A stretch of 64,000 nucleotides of DNA from Pocillopora damicornis (taxonomy: Eukaryota). Where the stretch lies: positions 434,001 to 498,000 of the forward strand of contig NW_020846227.1 of assembly GCF_003704095.1 (NCBI RefSeq), given 5' to 3'. Numbering within the stretch: position 1 is the stretch's first letter; every line of letters begins with the position of its first letter. The translations under genes were made by a program, and so were the position numbers. The notes under the pieces were generated by a model. That model saw nothing but the letters and a program-made list of their open reading frames with translations. It was not told the DNA's origin and did not search any database. This document shows, one piece after another, positions 23,014 through 35,200 of this stretch.

Positions 23014-24039
23014 CATAAAAAATACGCAATGCGTTTTGGTCATCTATTCCTTCCTTCCCTTCATTTCAACAAGTTTTTAGATTGTTGATGAAGAGTTAGA
23101 GGTCAGGTAAGGAATTAATTTTAGAAACAATCTTGCTTTGATTTTGACGCGGCTAATTCTGAGAGAGACTCTATTGAGAAAAAGAAAGAAAAATCTGCAT
23201 TGAATGGCCCCAACCTACTTCTAGAACTTCTTTATTTCTCTAGTTACCTCCAGACTTTTCAATCGGACGGGAAGAGTATATCATGCTTTGGCGACGAAGG
23301 GAATAAGACCTTGAAAAATTCAATTTCTTTACTTTTCACAAGAGTGCTGGGCTTTTCCATTAAGCGTGAAATGTCAGGGATATTGCATTTGCAACAGCCA
23401 CCCATAAAACGAAATTAAACTTTGAACTTTGAAATAAGACCACCACGTCCATCAATAGGTGATTGCTCATGTTATTGTTGAGCAACGTACTAATGAAAGT
23501 TTTCAGTCAAAACAGCAACATCTGAAACAACAAGGGTTTTTTTTTACTGGTGAAACCTTTTTCGTTTTATTACACGTTAACATTACCTTATGGAGACGCT
23601 ACGTCAACAGTATTACTCAGAAAAACACAAAAGTATAAAGCAATCTTTCTTTCTTAATCAGCTCTGGTGTTTCCCCAGGCCATATGAATTATTCGCCAAT
23701 CACACCTGTCCATTTTTTTCTCATCCAATCCCTTCCGCTCTCGCAAACCTAAACTTGTCGAGCAGAATATCTGCGCAAGCGTATTTCCGGATTCCGTGAC
23801 AGCATTCTTTTGCACCACAAAATTAAGAAGCGTTTTGAGGGGATTTAACAGAAGTTATTCAACTCACCTGTAAACTTCCTTGGCCTATTACTTAAAAAAA
23901 GAAGACATGTAAATAAAAAAGAATAAGAAAGATTCTTTGCAAGCGAACATTTTTCAATAATGTGGGGTTACAAAATTGATTGGTTCCTAACAGTTCCAAC
24001 ACAGCTATATATGATGAAACTTAACAATTCCATTTTTCC

Positions 24040-25258
24040 CGCTGGAATACAAGCGCAGCACTCCGCATGAGCACATCTAGTCCATCACGTGACACTCACC
24101 AGGCATAACGCCATTGGAGGAATGCAACATCATTATTGCACTTAAACTTGATCAACTGTTTACAATTTTGCGAGACTCGAGTAGGTGCTGCCAGCTTAGT
24201 GGTGATGACTCTAGATGAACCATCTACGTATTTTGGCTTTTAGCAACATAGATTCTGCTCTCACTGTAGTGACTGATGGTGGTCACGCCAACTTTGCTCT
24301 TGTCAGTCATATCACAGAACACACTTAAAGGTGGCCTTCTTTGCCATCAGGATCAATGACGTAGGTATCTGAAGGTGTTCCTCTATTGCGTGTACTTATT
24401 TTACTACAAGAACTAAAGGTTAATTTTCTAACTTTAAGCAGAGTACTTGCTCTTATGGAGCGATGAAAATTTCTCGCGACACAAGAGTAGGATCAAGCGA
24501 CAGATAACAGATGAGGGTTTTTGGATGATCAGCGCAACAGCTAAATAAAAAACCAAGAGATAGAAAAAGGTGAGAAACTGGCTTATTGAACACAGCAGTC
24601 AAACGTCTGTGCACGAGCGAACGTTGTAATGCCCTTCAGGCATTCATGAGCGCGCAGTCACAACGAATTTTCAGTTACAGTAGTTGCAAAATACCACATA
24701 ATTTAACTAATCACGGTTTTTTATAACTGCATAACGTTTTTGGTAAAGCTCAAGAAAAAACGATAAATCAATAGGACACACACATATATCCTATTGTAAT
24801 TAATAACCATCGCATAACTAAATATTTCTCTGGAGTATTGTGGCTCGACGCTTTAACTATGCTATAAATATGGGCATTTGAATTTGCGCTCAAACCCTTT
24901 CAGTCCGGGCGTGAACTCCATTGAAAATCGATGCTCCCAGGTAAACGAGCTGGATGCCATTTTCCCTTTTTCGTTTTCTTCAGTAAGAGTATCCATTAAA
25001 GAGATTTGGTCAAACCTACTTTCATCTGAGTCAGTGCTAAGAATTTTTGTCTCTTTCGTCCTCTGTTGTGTTTTGCAGTTCGAGTTTTTCTTCTTTTGTT
25101 TGACTCAAGTCTTGAAGCATTTGTCGATGAGCGTGAAGCTCGATCTCGACGTGAATCAGTCCCGTGAAGCAAAGAAAGAAAGAAATAACGATGAGAACAC
25201 CAGCTTGGTATGAACTGGGTTCATCTTTAATTTCTCCATAACTGAGTTGCGAGGTCAC
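24040..25258 (-). pseudogene. Degenerate collagen-Ig-FBG family copy: transmembrane exon (25258-25037) plus a deleted Ig/FBG exon (~24540-24040)
   Basis: GVLIVISFFLCFTGLIHVEIELHAHRQMLQDLSQTKEEKLEL is a paralog of 15494-15722. Downstream remnants (DTYVIDPDG, VFCDMTDKSKVGVTTISH, CKQLIKFKC, YAW*VSRDG) carry stops and deletions. Confidence 0.75.
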
Positions 25259-26780
25259 GAGATCTCAGAAAAAGAAGTCTTCTTTGGAAGGACAATCTTC
25301 TAAGTTGTGTATTTGCAATCAATGTGAAGACACGGAAAAAAACGAAAAAGCGGAAGGCACTGTCATCACCATTAACTTGACATAATAGTGGTTTCCTGTT
25401 GGGCAGCTTTTCTGCCCTCAAAATCTATATATATATATCTAGTTATTCACCAAAGAAAACCGTTCTTTCGTTATTGGAATGGAATGGAGCGGGCATAAAA
25501 TAATCAAACGTGACTCTGTAAACAACAATGTCGTATCCAATCAGGTATTAGGGGATGAGTAGCATGATTGTTTGACGGGAAATTAGTACCCACGGATTGT
25601 TATACAACGTGAGCAAGTCTTGATTCTCACACAGAATTAACACATCCAGATGCGAACGTCCTTCGCTAACAAATGCAGCTTTTTTTGTCACCTTAAGTTA
25701 AGTAGATCATAAAACGGAACGTGTAACGTTGAATTATAAAGAATAAAGTCAGAAGTGAGTAAAAGGATACGCTATTGAACCAGCTTGTGCTGAACATCTC
25801 TCTTACAGTCCTAACACAAGAGAGGAAATTCTGCGAAATATCCTTAGCGTTTACAAGATAAGATTCCACTACTACTTAGTTTCGTCTGATTTCAGTCTTT
25901 ATGACAGTGCGTTTTTAGGTTCCTCAAGACTAGTCAAAGGTCAGGTAAGTAATTAATTATAGAAAAAAGAAATGTAATTCGATCTCGACGCGACTATCAA
26001 ACTTTGAGAAAAACCCATTTGGGAACTGATTGCAAAAAATTAGCAATGAGTGACCTGAACCAGCCTTTTAAGCTTTCTCCTGCTATTTACACAATAGTAC
26101 TAGAATTTTCAATGGGAGGGACGAATATGTACTATTGTTTCGATAAAAGCCTCTTACGAAAAAAAGAGTCGCTTTTGAAAACTCTGTTTGCCGGCTAAAA
26201 GCGTTGCGCTATGATATGCCATTGAGCGAGATCAAATCTACTTGCCGATGACATTTTTATTTAGGTCAATGCAATACAGAGCAGAATCTACAAGGTTTTC
26301 CTGCAGTTAAGCGGTTGGCGTGGTTTTACGTGAGAGTTTCTTTAAACATGAATTCCCTTCAACATATTACACCTTAATTGAGCATAGCTGAAATGGTCGA
26401 CGATCTTAGCTTCGCTCACGGTTGCTCTAGTATTGGCCTCATGTGTATCCTTCAAACATAGCGTTTCGCCCCAATTTTGATTGATTTGTGATTGGGCTGA
26501 CCACACATAAAAAAAGAGATTTACAACCAAGAAGGTTTCATAATGCTGATGTACTGGAACGCTGAAGCCATATCTAAAGCATAACTGAAGCAATTTTGTG
26601 AATGAGATCTTAAGTCGTTGTTCCTCGTTATCCTGTCATTTTAAGACATAAAATTCATAAAACTTCTAAAAATCATGGGATAGGATAGAACAGAACCCAC
26701 ATTGTAATAAAATTGATTGCCTTTGACAGGAAAAAGGGATCCTCAAAAACTGTTCTTTAAAAGTGCAAGCGGTGATCATC

Positions 26781-26957
26781 ACTCTGATGACGAAGCTGCT
26801 TTTAGTGCAACCTGATCAGTCTTGTCGATTCTGTTGTAATGATAGAAAGTCCATGTTTCTTCTAATGAACCATTACTCTGATGAAGCTGCCTTTAGCGCA
26901 TCCTGATCAGTCTTGTTAATTCTGTTGTAATGATAGAAAGTCCACGTTTTCTTCTAA
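26781..26957. repeat. Two-copy tandem duplication of about 92 bp
   Basis: actctgatga...cctgatcagtcttgt...ttctgttgtaatgatagaaagtcca...ttcttctaa occurs at about 26781 and again at about 26875. Confidence 0.85.
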
Positions 26958-28894
26958 ACTAGAACTGTGTAACTGTTACGGAAAAGCGGCTCAAGTTTCC
27001 CGCTTTCGTCTGCCACTCAAAAGTCATTTTTTCCGTTTCAATCGACCACAAAAATCTACACAATGTTAAATTACTCCAGAGTCAGAAAATTTAGCAAAGA
27101 CCCAAGCCCTGATGATCATCTTCATCAAGCTTGTAATTCTTACACGTTAAATTTCATTGTTACTAAAAAGCTAAGGTTGTAGGTTGGCAGATAATCCTGA
27201 TCAGTCATTCCTGTGATGTAGCATGGCACTGCAATGATTATTTACTTAAAAGCAGATTCAAGATCAAGAATGAATTTATTTATTGTACCAGTTTATTGGT
27301 TTTTTTTTAAAAGCACAGCGCCTTGCCAAACTCCCATCAGCCTTCCCTTGTGTTCCATACACTACATCGTAATTTCCGATGTCTTCCTCACATGCTAAGA
27401 AAAACTGGAAAAATGATTAGAGACTGGGGTGAAAAACTCTTCTTTGCTGAAGTTTTCGAAATAACATTCCTGGACAAAGATATGCTAATTGTCTATAAGG
27501 TAACCTGTAAACACCATTCTATGTGTTGATAACCACGAGGTACTTTGCAAAAGAACGAATTTCTCACGGGAAATTCAGAAAAGGCGGGACTTAGCTAGGC
27601 AGTCAAAAGATTTAGTGGGATAGCTTGAATGGTGGTACAAGGAAATAATCAGATTGGTTGCTCATTTTAATGAGCAAAATACATGACTCAGTTTTGAAGA
27701 AAAACATATGTATTTCCTCACGAAAACAAATTCCCAAACAGATTGTTTTCCATACGGCCTCATCAGGGCATTTTCAATTAAACTTGATTTTGACGTTAGA
27801 ATGTATTGAAGCTGAGTTAAGATAAGGACTATTATTTTCTGAAATGTTTAAGACTTCAACCATGCAGTCTATTCAAAGCATCTGGCAGGTATACCAAACT
27901 GAATCGTTGATAGTTACACAGAATTTCATGAGAAGCAAAAAAGCGAGATTGCTTCAAAGAATCAAAACACTAAAGCAACATTGTTCCTAAACATGTGAAG
28001 ACTTCAAAAGCTTATTTTTACGTGTAAAACGTTCCAATTTTAAGAAAAACTTGAAAGGGGGTTGAAGCTGTTTGATGGAATGAGAAAAAAAAAAAGACTG
28101 AAATTTCCACCTAAAGGAAATAGATTGTCGTTTTTCAATTTGCCAAAATGGTCTGAAATCTCATCCAGAAATTTTTGTTACCTCAGATGCATTAAAGAAA
28201 AAATCTTCAAAGGAAAAAAAGAAAAGAACAAAGAAAAGAAGTCGTAACACAGAACAAACCAAATTAGAAATAGTCCAACACATCCTTGTAAACGTGGTGG
28301 TTCTCAGTTACGAAATTTAAACAATAGCAAAATGATCAGAAACTCTCCATAACATCTATTTGTGCTGACTTCTGAACACTATGAACAGCCCAAATTCCCC
28401 GCCACTGTTCTTCCAGATCTCTGACTAAATCGTGGAAATTTTTCGCCATTGCTACGATAATGGATCCTACACTTCTGATATTAAAAAAAAAAAAAAGGGA
28501 TAAGAGATCTTTAATGAGGGCCAGGTGTGACTAAACTACAATTTCGTGGTTTGAAACTGTTACATCAATTGCAAGAGACTTCAGTTTTACATATACAGGT
28601 TAACTTTTCGGTTTGCAAGGCCCCGGTGGATCACGACCCAGCGACCTAGATTTATTTGAGGTTAATTACTGTGTATACATAGGCATGTATTCTACGAAAA
28701 CGTACACATTTTTTCCTCGATACCTGAAAATGCTTTCTTTCTTTCTCCCACTTTCTCCTCTCCCCCTCTCTTCCCCTCTCTCTGAAGTTTTAGAATCGTA
28801 CAAGATCCGTTTTCAATTGACAAAAGAAAACGTACTAATTACAAGTATTGATCATTACAAAACACTGAAAATGTAGCAGAAGATCGATGTTTCT

Positions 28895-29220
28895 ATCGTC
28901 ATGTCATGTGCGGGGAACGAAGAAAAACTCTGATTCCTCAGAGGAGTCGACCCTCAGCCTTGTGGATTCTGCGGTCCACTGCATCATGATAAGCCAGGTT
29001 GCTGTCATTTAAGTTCATATGTGACGAATGTCTCGCATTTTTATAAAGACAATAGGTAAATACAATAGGAAATATTGTAACGTTTGAGCTCGACATTGTA
29101 AATAAAACAAGAAATATGGTAATCTTCATTGCGAATCATATTCTTTCTTTGTCCTTCGCTTGTGATAGGACGAGAAAAACATCTTTCTTGATTTCATTAG
29201 CGTGGTTAAAATTTACTATT
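28895..29220 (-). mobile_element. Degenerate tRNA-derived SINE-like repeat (a similar relic lies near 10960-11190)
   Basis: The segment gaaaaactctgattcctcagaggagtcgaccctcagccttgtggattctgcg resembles a reversed tRNA B-box head. Recognition is by eye only. Confidence 0.35.
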
Positions 29221-32200
29221 GCTGTGAATGTGTACCAAAATATTTGGAGACGAATGGTTGAGGCGAGACTCCAATGATGACTTTAGCTTTGTTAAGTACC
29301 CCGCTCTTTGCGACAGACCTGCAGTGACGAATATCCACAGCCAAATATGCATGCATACACTAAAAAACCCAAAAGAAGCAATAGATCTAACACTGAGAAA
29401 GTTTATTGCATATTTCTCATTTTATTTTAGCTTAGTTCGTAGTGTTTTGGAATGCTTTGTTTGAAAAAAATTGCCAATCATGATAAATAGAGGTTAATTT
29501 TTTTCCTTTTTTGGGTTGAGATAGTATAAAGGAATCTTGCCTTTAATGCGAAGGCTCTTTCCGCTGGATTATGGATCCTTCCTCCCTTTGATTTCTGCTT
29601 CCTCGGAATCAACTAAAATATTTCAATTTTGGATCAATAATACAGACAAATACACTAATTTGAAGAATTTAAGTTCATTTTACACTTCCTTTAAAACATC
29701 TTTTGCTTAACAAAAGAACAGCGTTCTCAGCGACTGCAATTAAAAATTTAGGCGATCATTAAATATTCAAATCATGAGTTTTCCATTGAGGCGACAATCG
29801 CATCAAAAGGCTTCTGGTGAAAGCGATAGCATGGCAATTCTAAGTTTATCAGGATACAAACTTAAAGAAACATTTTCGTATTTACCTAATATTTCAACGA
29901 GGTTCAGTCCTTGATTCGTTTGGTCCTTACTTATGTCAAAGGAAATTCTACGCAAGATCTCGTTTCCTTTGTTAGCCTTTTCCACGTATACAAATTAATA
30001 ACCTGTTCCTTTGTACAACACTCATGTTAAGAGAAAAGTCTTTTGTTGATTGCTATTAAAACTTGGAATAGGTGAAGCTAAGTTAGGTCATGGTGAAGGT
30101 GACGTTATTCCAACTTTAGACCTCACAACTTTTGAACACGTAGTTTATAACCAATTATCCAAATTTGTAAAATTGACTACACGCACTTTCATGAAAAAGT
30201 TGGAATAAATTGAAAATACATTCACCATTGCCCAAACGGAGACAATAGGAATACTCATGTAAGAAAACCTGCAAAGCTTTTAGAAACCAGGAAAGTGCTT
30301 TGTTAGTTAGTTATGAAAAGAACGTTAGAAATTCATCGACTGACCCGGCCATAGGAGTTTTACCATTTCAATCTAACCATCTTTTTTTTCCAACATTTTC
30401 TTCTTACGCATTAATATAAAGTATTCCAGTTGTTTTCAAAACTTCGTTTTAAAGCCATTTTGGAAAGAGGATGGGAAAGCTGAATGCAAATAAAGGAAAG
30501 TATTAACAAACTTGGCTTGTGTATCAAAAGTTAGGGAATGCGATTTACTTTACACTACAACGCAATCAGCGTAATTTGTTTAAATAACATTTGAAATGAA
30601 ATCTTCGAGGCATCTTTAATTTCTATGAGATGCTTAACACATTTGTAATTAAATAATGGTACATGTTTCACTCTTGTTCCATGTATTGTTGATCGATTTC
30701 ACTGCTTACCATTTTGAAGAGAGACGATCTTTTTTTGCAATAAGTATACAGGTTCGCTTCGATTTCGAATGGTGAATGGTACGTTGTTAAAATTTATCCT
30801 TTAACGCTCTCGCTTGTGACATGTTTACCTTTTTGTCGCAACTACCTCTTTTAACATAAACTCTATAACATTAGGAATAGAATTTTAGTCTTTACTTCAT
30901 TTGAACACTTTTCACCACAGAGACTTTGAAATCAGTGATGAGTTATTCTGGATCTTAAATGATGGGTGAGTCTGCTTTTCCAAATTACATCAAATATGGT
31001 AAACTTGACTTTTCACAGATTATAGATAGTCGAATGAGTAAACTAAACGGGATTTTTTTGATACTCAAATACTTCAAGCAAAAACTGTGGCCTTAATTAT
31101 CCGTAGAAGAAACATTACTTTAAAAGCTGATTTGAACATTTTTCACGTAAAACCATGGAAAAATATTAGTTTTTGAAATCTGCCTTTATTGGTGGCTATG
31201 ACAATCTCCAAGTAATTGTGTGGTTATCGAGGAACAATGAAAAACGGTATCCTTTTTCCTTTACCCAAACACAATATTTTCGTTGAAACTAGCTTTTCAT
31301 CCACGTTTTAAGTGGACTTTTATTACTCCTGTTATGAAGTAAACCGGATCATGACCTACTATTCTCGTGCTCCTAACAATTTATCTTAGTTGTGATTAAA
31401 GGGGAATAAAGGTTTGTTGTGAAGGCATTTGATAATGTGCATTTCATTTTCTTCGATACGTTTCCTAGTTTTTCCTTTTTAAGCAAATTTGAAAGCACCC
31501 CATGCGTAGTTCTCTGTGTTTTTTCTAAAATGTTGAATATCTTAAAACCTCTAAACTTGGTATCTTACCGTCACTCGTGTCGCACATGCTACACCTACGA
31601 ACAGAAACAAACTTATAATTAGTACGATTTTTATTTAATGGAGGAGTGACAAGCTTGCCATTCCACAAATTATCAAACTTTATAGATAAAGTGATTCAAG
31701 CCAATAAAATTTTTTTTTGTATATATTATGTATTGTTGAGGATGAACGTCAGCCATTTTGGACTGAAAACTTCGTACTTTTGATGGCTTTGTTTTTGACT
31801 TCGTCGACAAGGGAGACCTCTCCGAGGTTTGAGTTCTCTGATCCATCTTGTCATCCAATCCTTGTTAGGATTAAATGGGGAGGGGGGATGTAGGAACAAG
31901 GAGAATTTATCGTATTTATCCTAGATATACGTTTTATAATTATTTTTATCTTTTGGAAAATGAAAATGAACGCTCAATACATAGATGGTATTAAAACCGG
32001 CACCGATGTTTTCGGTGTAGTAAATGTAAGACATATCATATATAATTTTCCCTGAAGTACAGGGATCTGGAAACTCATATTCGTTGCAAAAGGATGAAAA
32101 TCCAAGCGTTACGCAAAATCCACTCGCACCTTCTCCTTTTCTCGAATTTCAGGAAAGGGAAATGTTGCTCTCACACGGCAAGGCAAATCTCTGTGGCGCA

Positions 32201-35200
32201 CGCTGTACGCTCTTGAGCATTTTCTGCAGACTTGGCCAAAGAAATCAAGCAAAACGGAAGGACACCCTTACTAGGGAAATATCAAGAATGAAGGAAATCT
32301 GCAATTTTCAATACATATGATTAAATGATGCCATCACCACGCGCAGAATAACTACGATAATGGCTTATGAAAACACAGCGTTAGGGTCAAAAGTAACAAA
32401 ATTTTTAACGTTTTCTTTTTTTTTTTTTTACAAATCCCTCCGTAATTTCAGGGTCTGAGGTTTGCGGAGACTATATTAAAACTACTTTTATTCGAGTGTG
32501 CATTTCTAACAGTTTTTGTCATGATCGAAAATGTTGCCAGATCTTCTTTTGTTCACAATGTCTTGAAACGTGAGTTCTGCATAAAGTCAAAAGACCTCGA
32601 CATGCTAAGCAAAGTTGGATTACGTTTAAGCGGGAGTTTTTATTAAATTAATGATCCTCTTCTGCTTGGGCTTAGTTTTACAGTTTTGCAGACTCTCTGT
32701 AAACTAAAGTACTTGTACTTTGAATTAATTCGTTCTAGGCAAGGCAAACGTTGCATACCACGTGCGTCGTGGATTATAAATCCAAGCCTCTCACTAGGCA
32801 AATGTCAGTTGATCAAGAGTGAAAGAAATTTATTGGCGTAATGACGAAGAAAATATATTATTATCTTGAAAGACACGTGTTTCTTAAAATATTACAATTG
32901 TTAAGCCCCAAGTTGACAAAATTAAGAAAATACAACGGAAAATAAGCGCCCTTCATTCCACAAAGGCGCCGGTTAATGTGAGTGTTGTTTTATAAACATG
33001 TACTATGCACTAGTATTAAATAGATGAAAATACGTTCGTTGTTTTTCACGCCGTAAAAGTGGTACTGGATTAAGCTTGTGGATTAAAGGATATCAAGGTC
33101 AATAATTTCACCAGATGTTTGCTTTCCCAAATTTACCATGAAAAAATAAATGACTCAAATGAAACAACAACTTTTACATTTGTATGTAGAGTTTTAGTAT
33201 GTTTTGGTACATTTAAAGAAATGATTTCCCTATTCCTGGCATATTCAGCTGAGATGGTTGCATTGAAATTTTTCCTACTGAAGTCTAATTTGAGTTGAAG
33301 AACTGAGCACTGTAGCTTTAGTTTCCCTGAGTATCATTGAAGATCATTTGAACTTCTGTCAGTTCTTTGAACCTAAAAGCTTCAGGGCGTCTTTTATCCC
33401 AAGGGGGTGATTACCACCAATTAGCTAAGGACAAATGCAATCTATGAAGTTGAATGAAAAATCTATTGACCTTGAGTGGGCACAAACACATTTGAAAGTC
33501 TTATCGGTTGTATGCAACGAGAAATGCGAAGTTTTATCTCTTGAATACAAGATCGTGAGAGGCCTTCTTTTTGTTAAAACATAATCCGGTATGCGACAAT
33601 TATTTCAATCAGTTCAAAGCACAGATTATACCATGTCGATCACAAATCGCATGGTTCTCCAATAAAGGCTGTTATCTAATTAGGTCTTGACTTGAATAAA
33701 ACAAAATCACGGACTGAGGCCTAGTGCCACAACACCTGCCGACCTGGCATCTGTATATTGATAAGAATACTGGTTCATTAACTTAAATGATAATCAGGTT
33801 TTACCATTATAGAGGCACTTCACTAAGTAACTGGTATCTTCTTTGGTGTGGCCAAGCACAAGAAAATTACCAACCCACTCCACCATTCAAAACCTGGAAG
33901 CTAAGGCCGCCACAGAAGGACGTTTTTTCAGAGGCGGACGGTGCGGGAAGCGTAAGAGTTCCTTTCCGAAGCGCATCTATAATTACTACAAATCTTTTGT
34001 CTGTACCGTTTACTGTAATTCAAAATTAAATTAAAGGCTCTCAAGATGATAGCTTGATGTTACTGCGCACTAAAAATACTTGCATTATACTTTTTTACCA
34101 TCGTTTGTCCTTCATAAATGTCCGCGCTCAAGTTTTTTTATTAGAATGTCTTATGAGGTTTGTTGAAAACAAAACAAAGAAAAGTATTGACAAGAAATCT
34201 GCATTTACTTGATAGTGGTAAATACACATAGGTACCGAAACTGCGCTTTCAATCAGAACTCGTCCTTCAAACCCTTCCAGGGTTGCTTTTCCATAACTCT
34301 TCATCGCACAAAAAAATATTAATTATGACCAGCAGCTACTCTCACTATCTTCCGTAACGTGGCCTTTTGTTTCAAAACCCGAACCCTTATCTACATCTCA
34401 TGGTACGTCAACTTTTAATCTCTGGCGGCTTTTCATCTTTCGCGGTAATAAATGTTCCTATGAACTCTCCATGGCATTAATTTCCCTTCTATCAAATTAA
34501 AATAAGTACTGTTATTCACCGTCAAAATACTGAAGAAGGATATCAGGCGAGATTTTTTCAAAATGGACCTAAAATTCTCTCCTGCTTAATTGACGGATAC
34601 AAACTGGAAAATTTAAGAAATTCGAATCTGTTTCAGTCGTACTCTGAAAGTTGAGTAACATTGCATTATGTTGAAATAAAATTTAGAGATTCTCGACAAA
34701 TGGAAGCTGTTTTTTTTTCCATTAACAAAAATTCTTCTTTCTTTACATTATCTACAAGTAAAACATGTCACAAATCTGGCAAACTTTGCACATCATTGAT
34801 AAATTATTTACCAAAACGTTTTGAAAAAATACAAAAAAAAAAAATACAAATATTCCACGTGTAGATAATGAAATTTTCTTTTTACAGACAGGGATAGTAA
34901 ACTAGACAGAAAGCAAAAGTTATTTGTATCTATGGAACAATAGTTAATTCCAGATACCCGTGAGAATCTTCCATGAACGATAAACGAGATTTTACTACCT
35001 GGCATGAATAAAAGGCGTGTTTTGGTGGTTTCATGGACGCTGTATTCAGAATTAAGTAAAATTTTCCATCTAGGTTTAACACTTTCTATTGAAAACATGT
35101 GCCTTAAAAAAAATATACCAATTGTGGCCATATTGGGAAAGATGTTTACAGTACATACGCAAAAGCACCACAGTACGTCTTATTACTTTGTATTAGCACC

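Noticed and set aside
14913-24540. Calling the fibrinogen-like fragments true CNTNAP/Caspr (neurexin IV) genes
   Set aside because: The domain ends at a stop codon, and no laminin-G, discoidin or C-terminal transmembrane exons are present.
27730-27770. Hammerhead-like string on the - strand (gccCTGATGAggccgtatgGAAAacaatctgttt)
   Set aside because: Stem II cannot close before GAAA and stem I pairing is minimal. At most a decayed relic.
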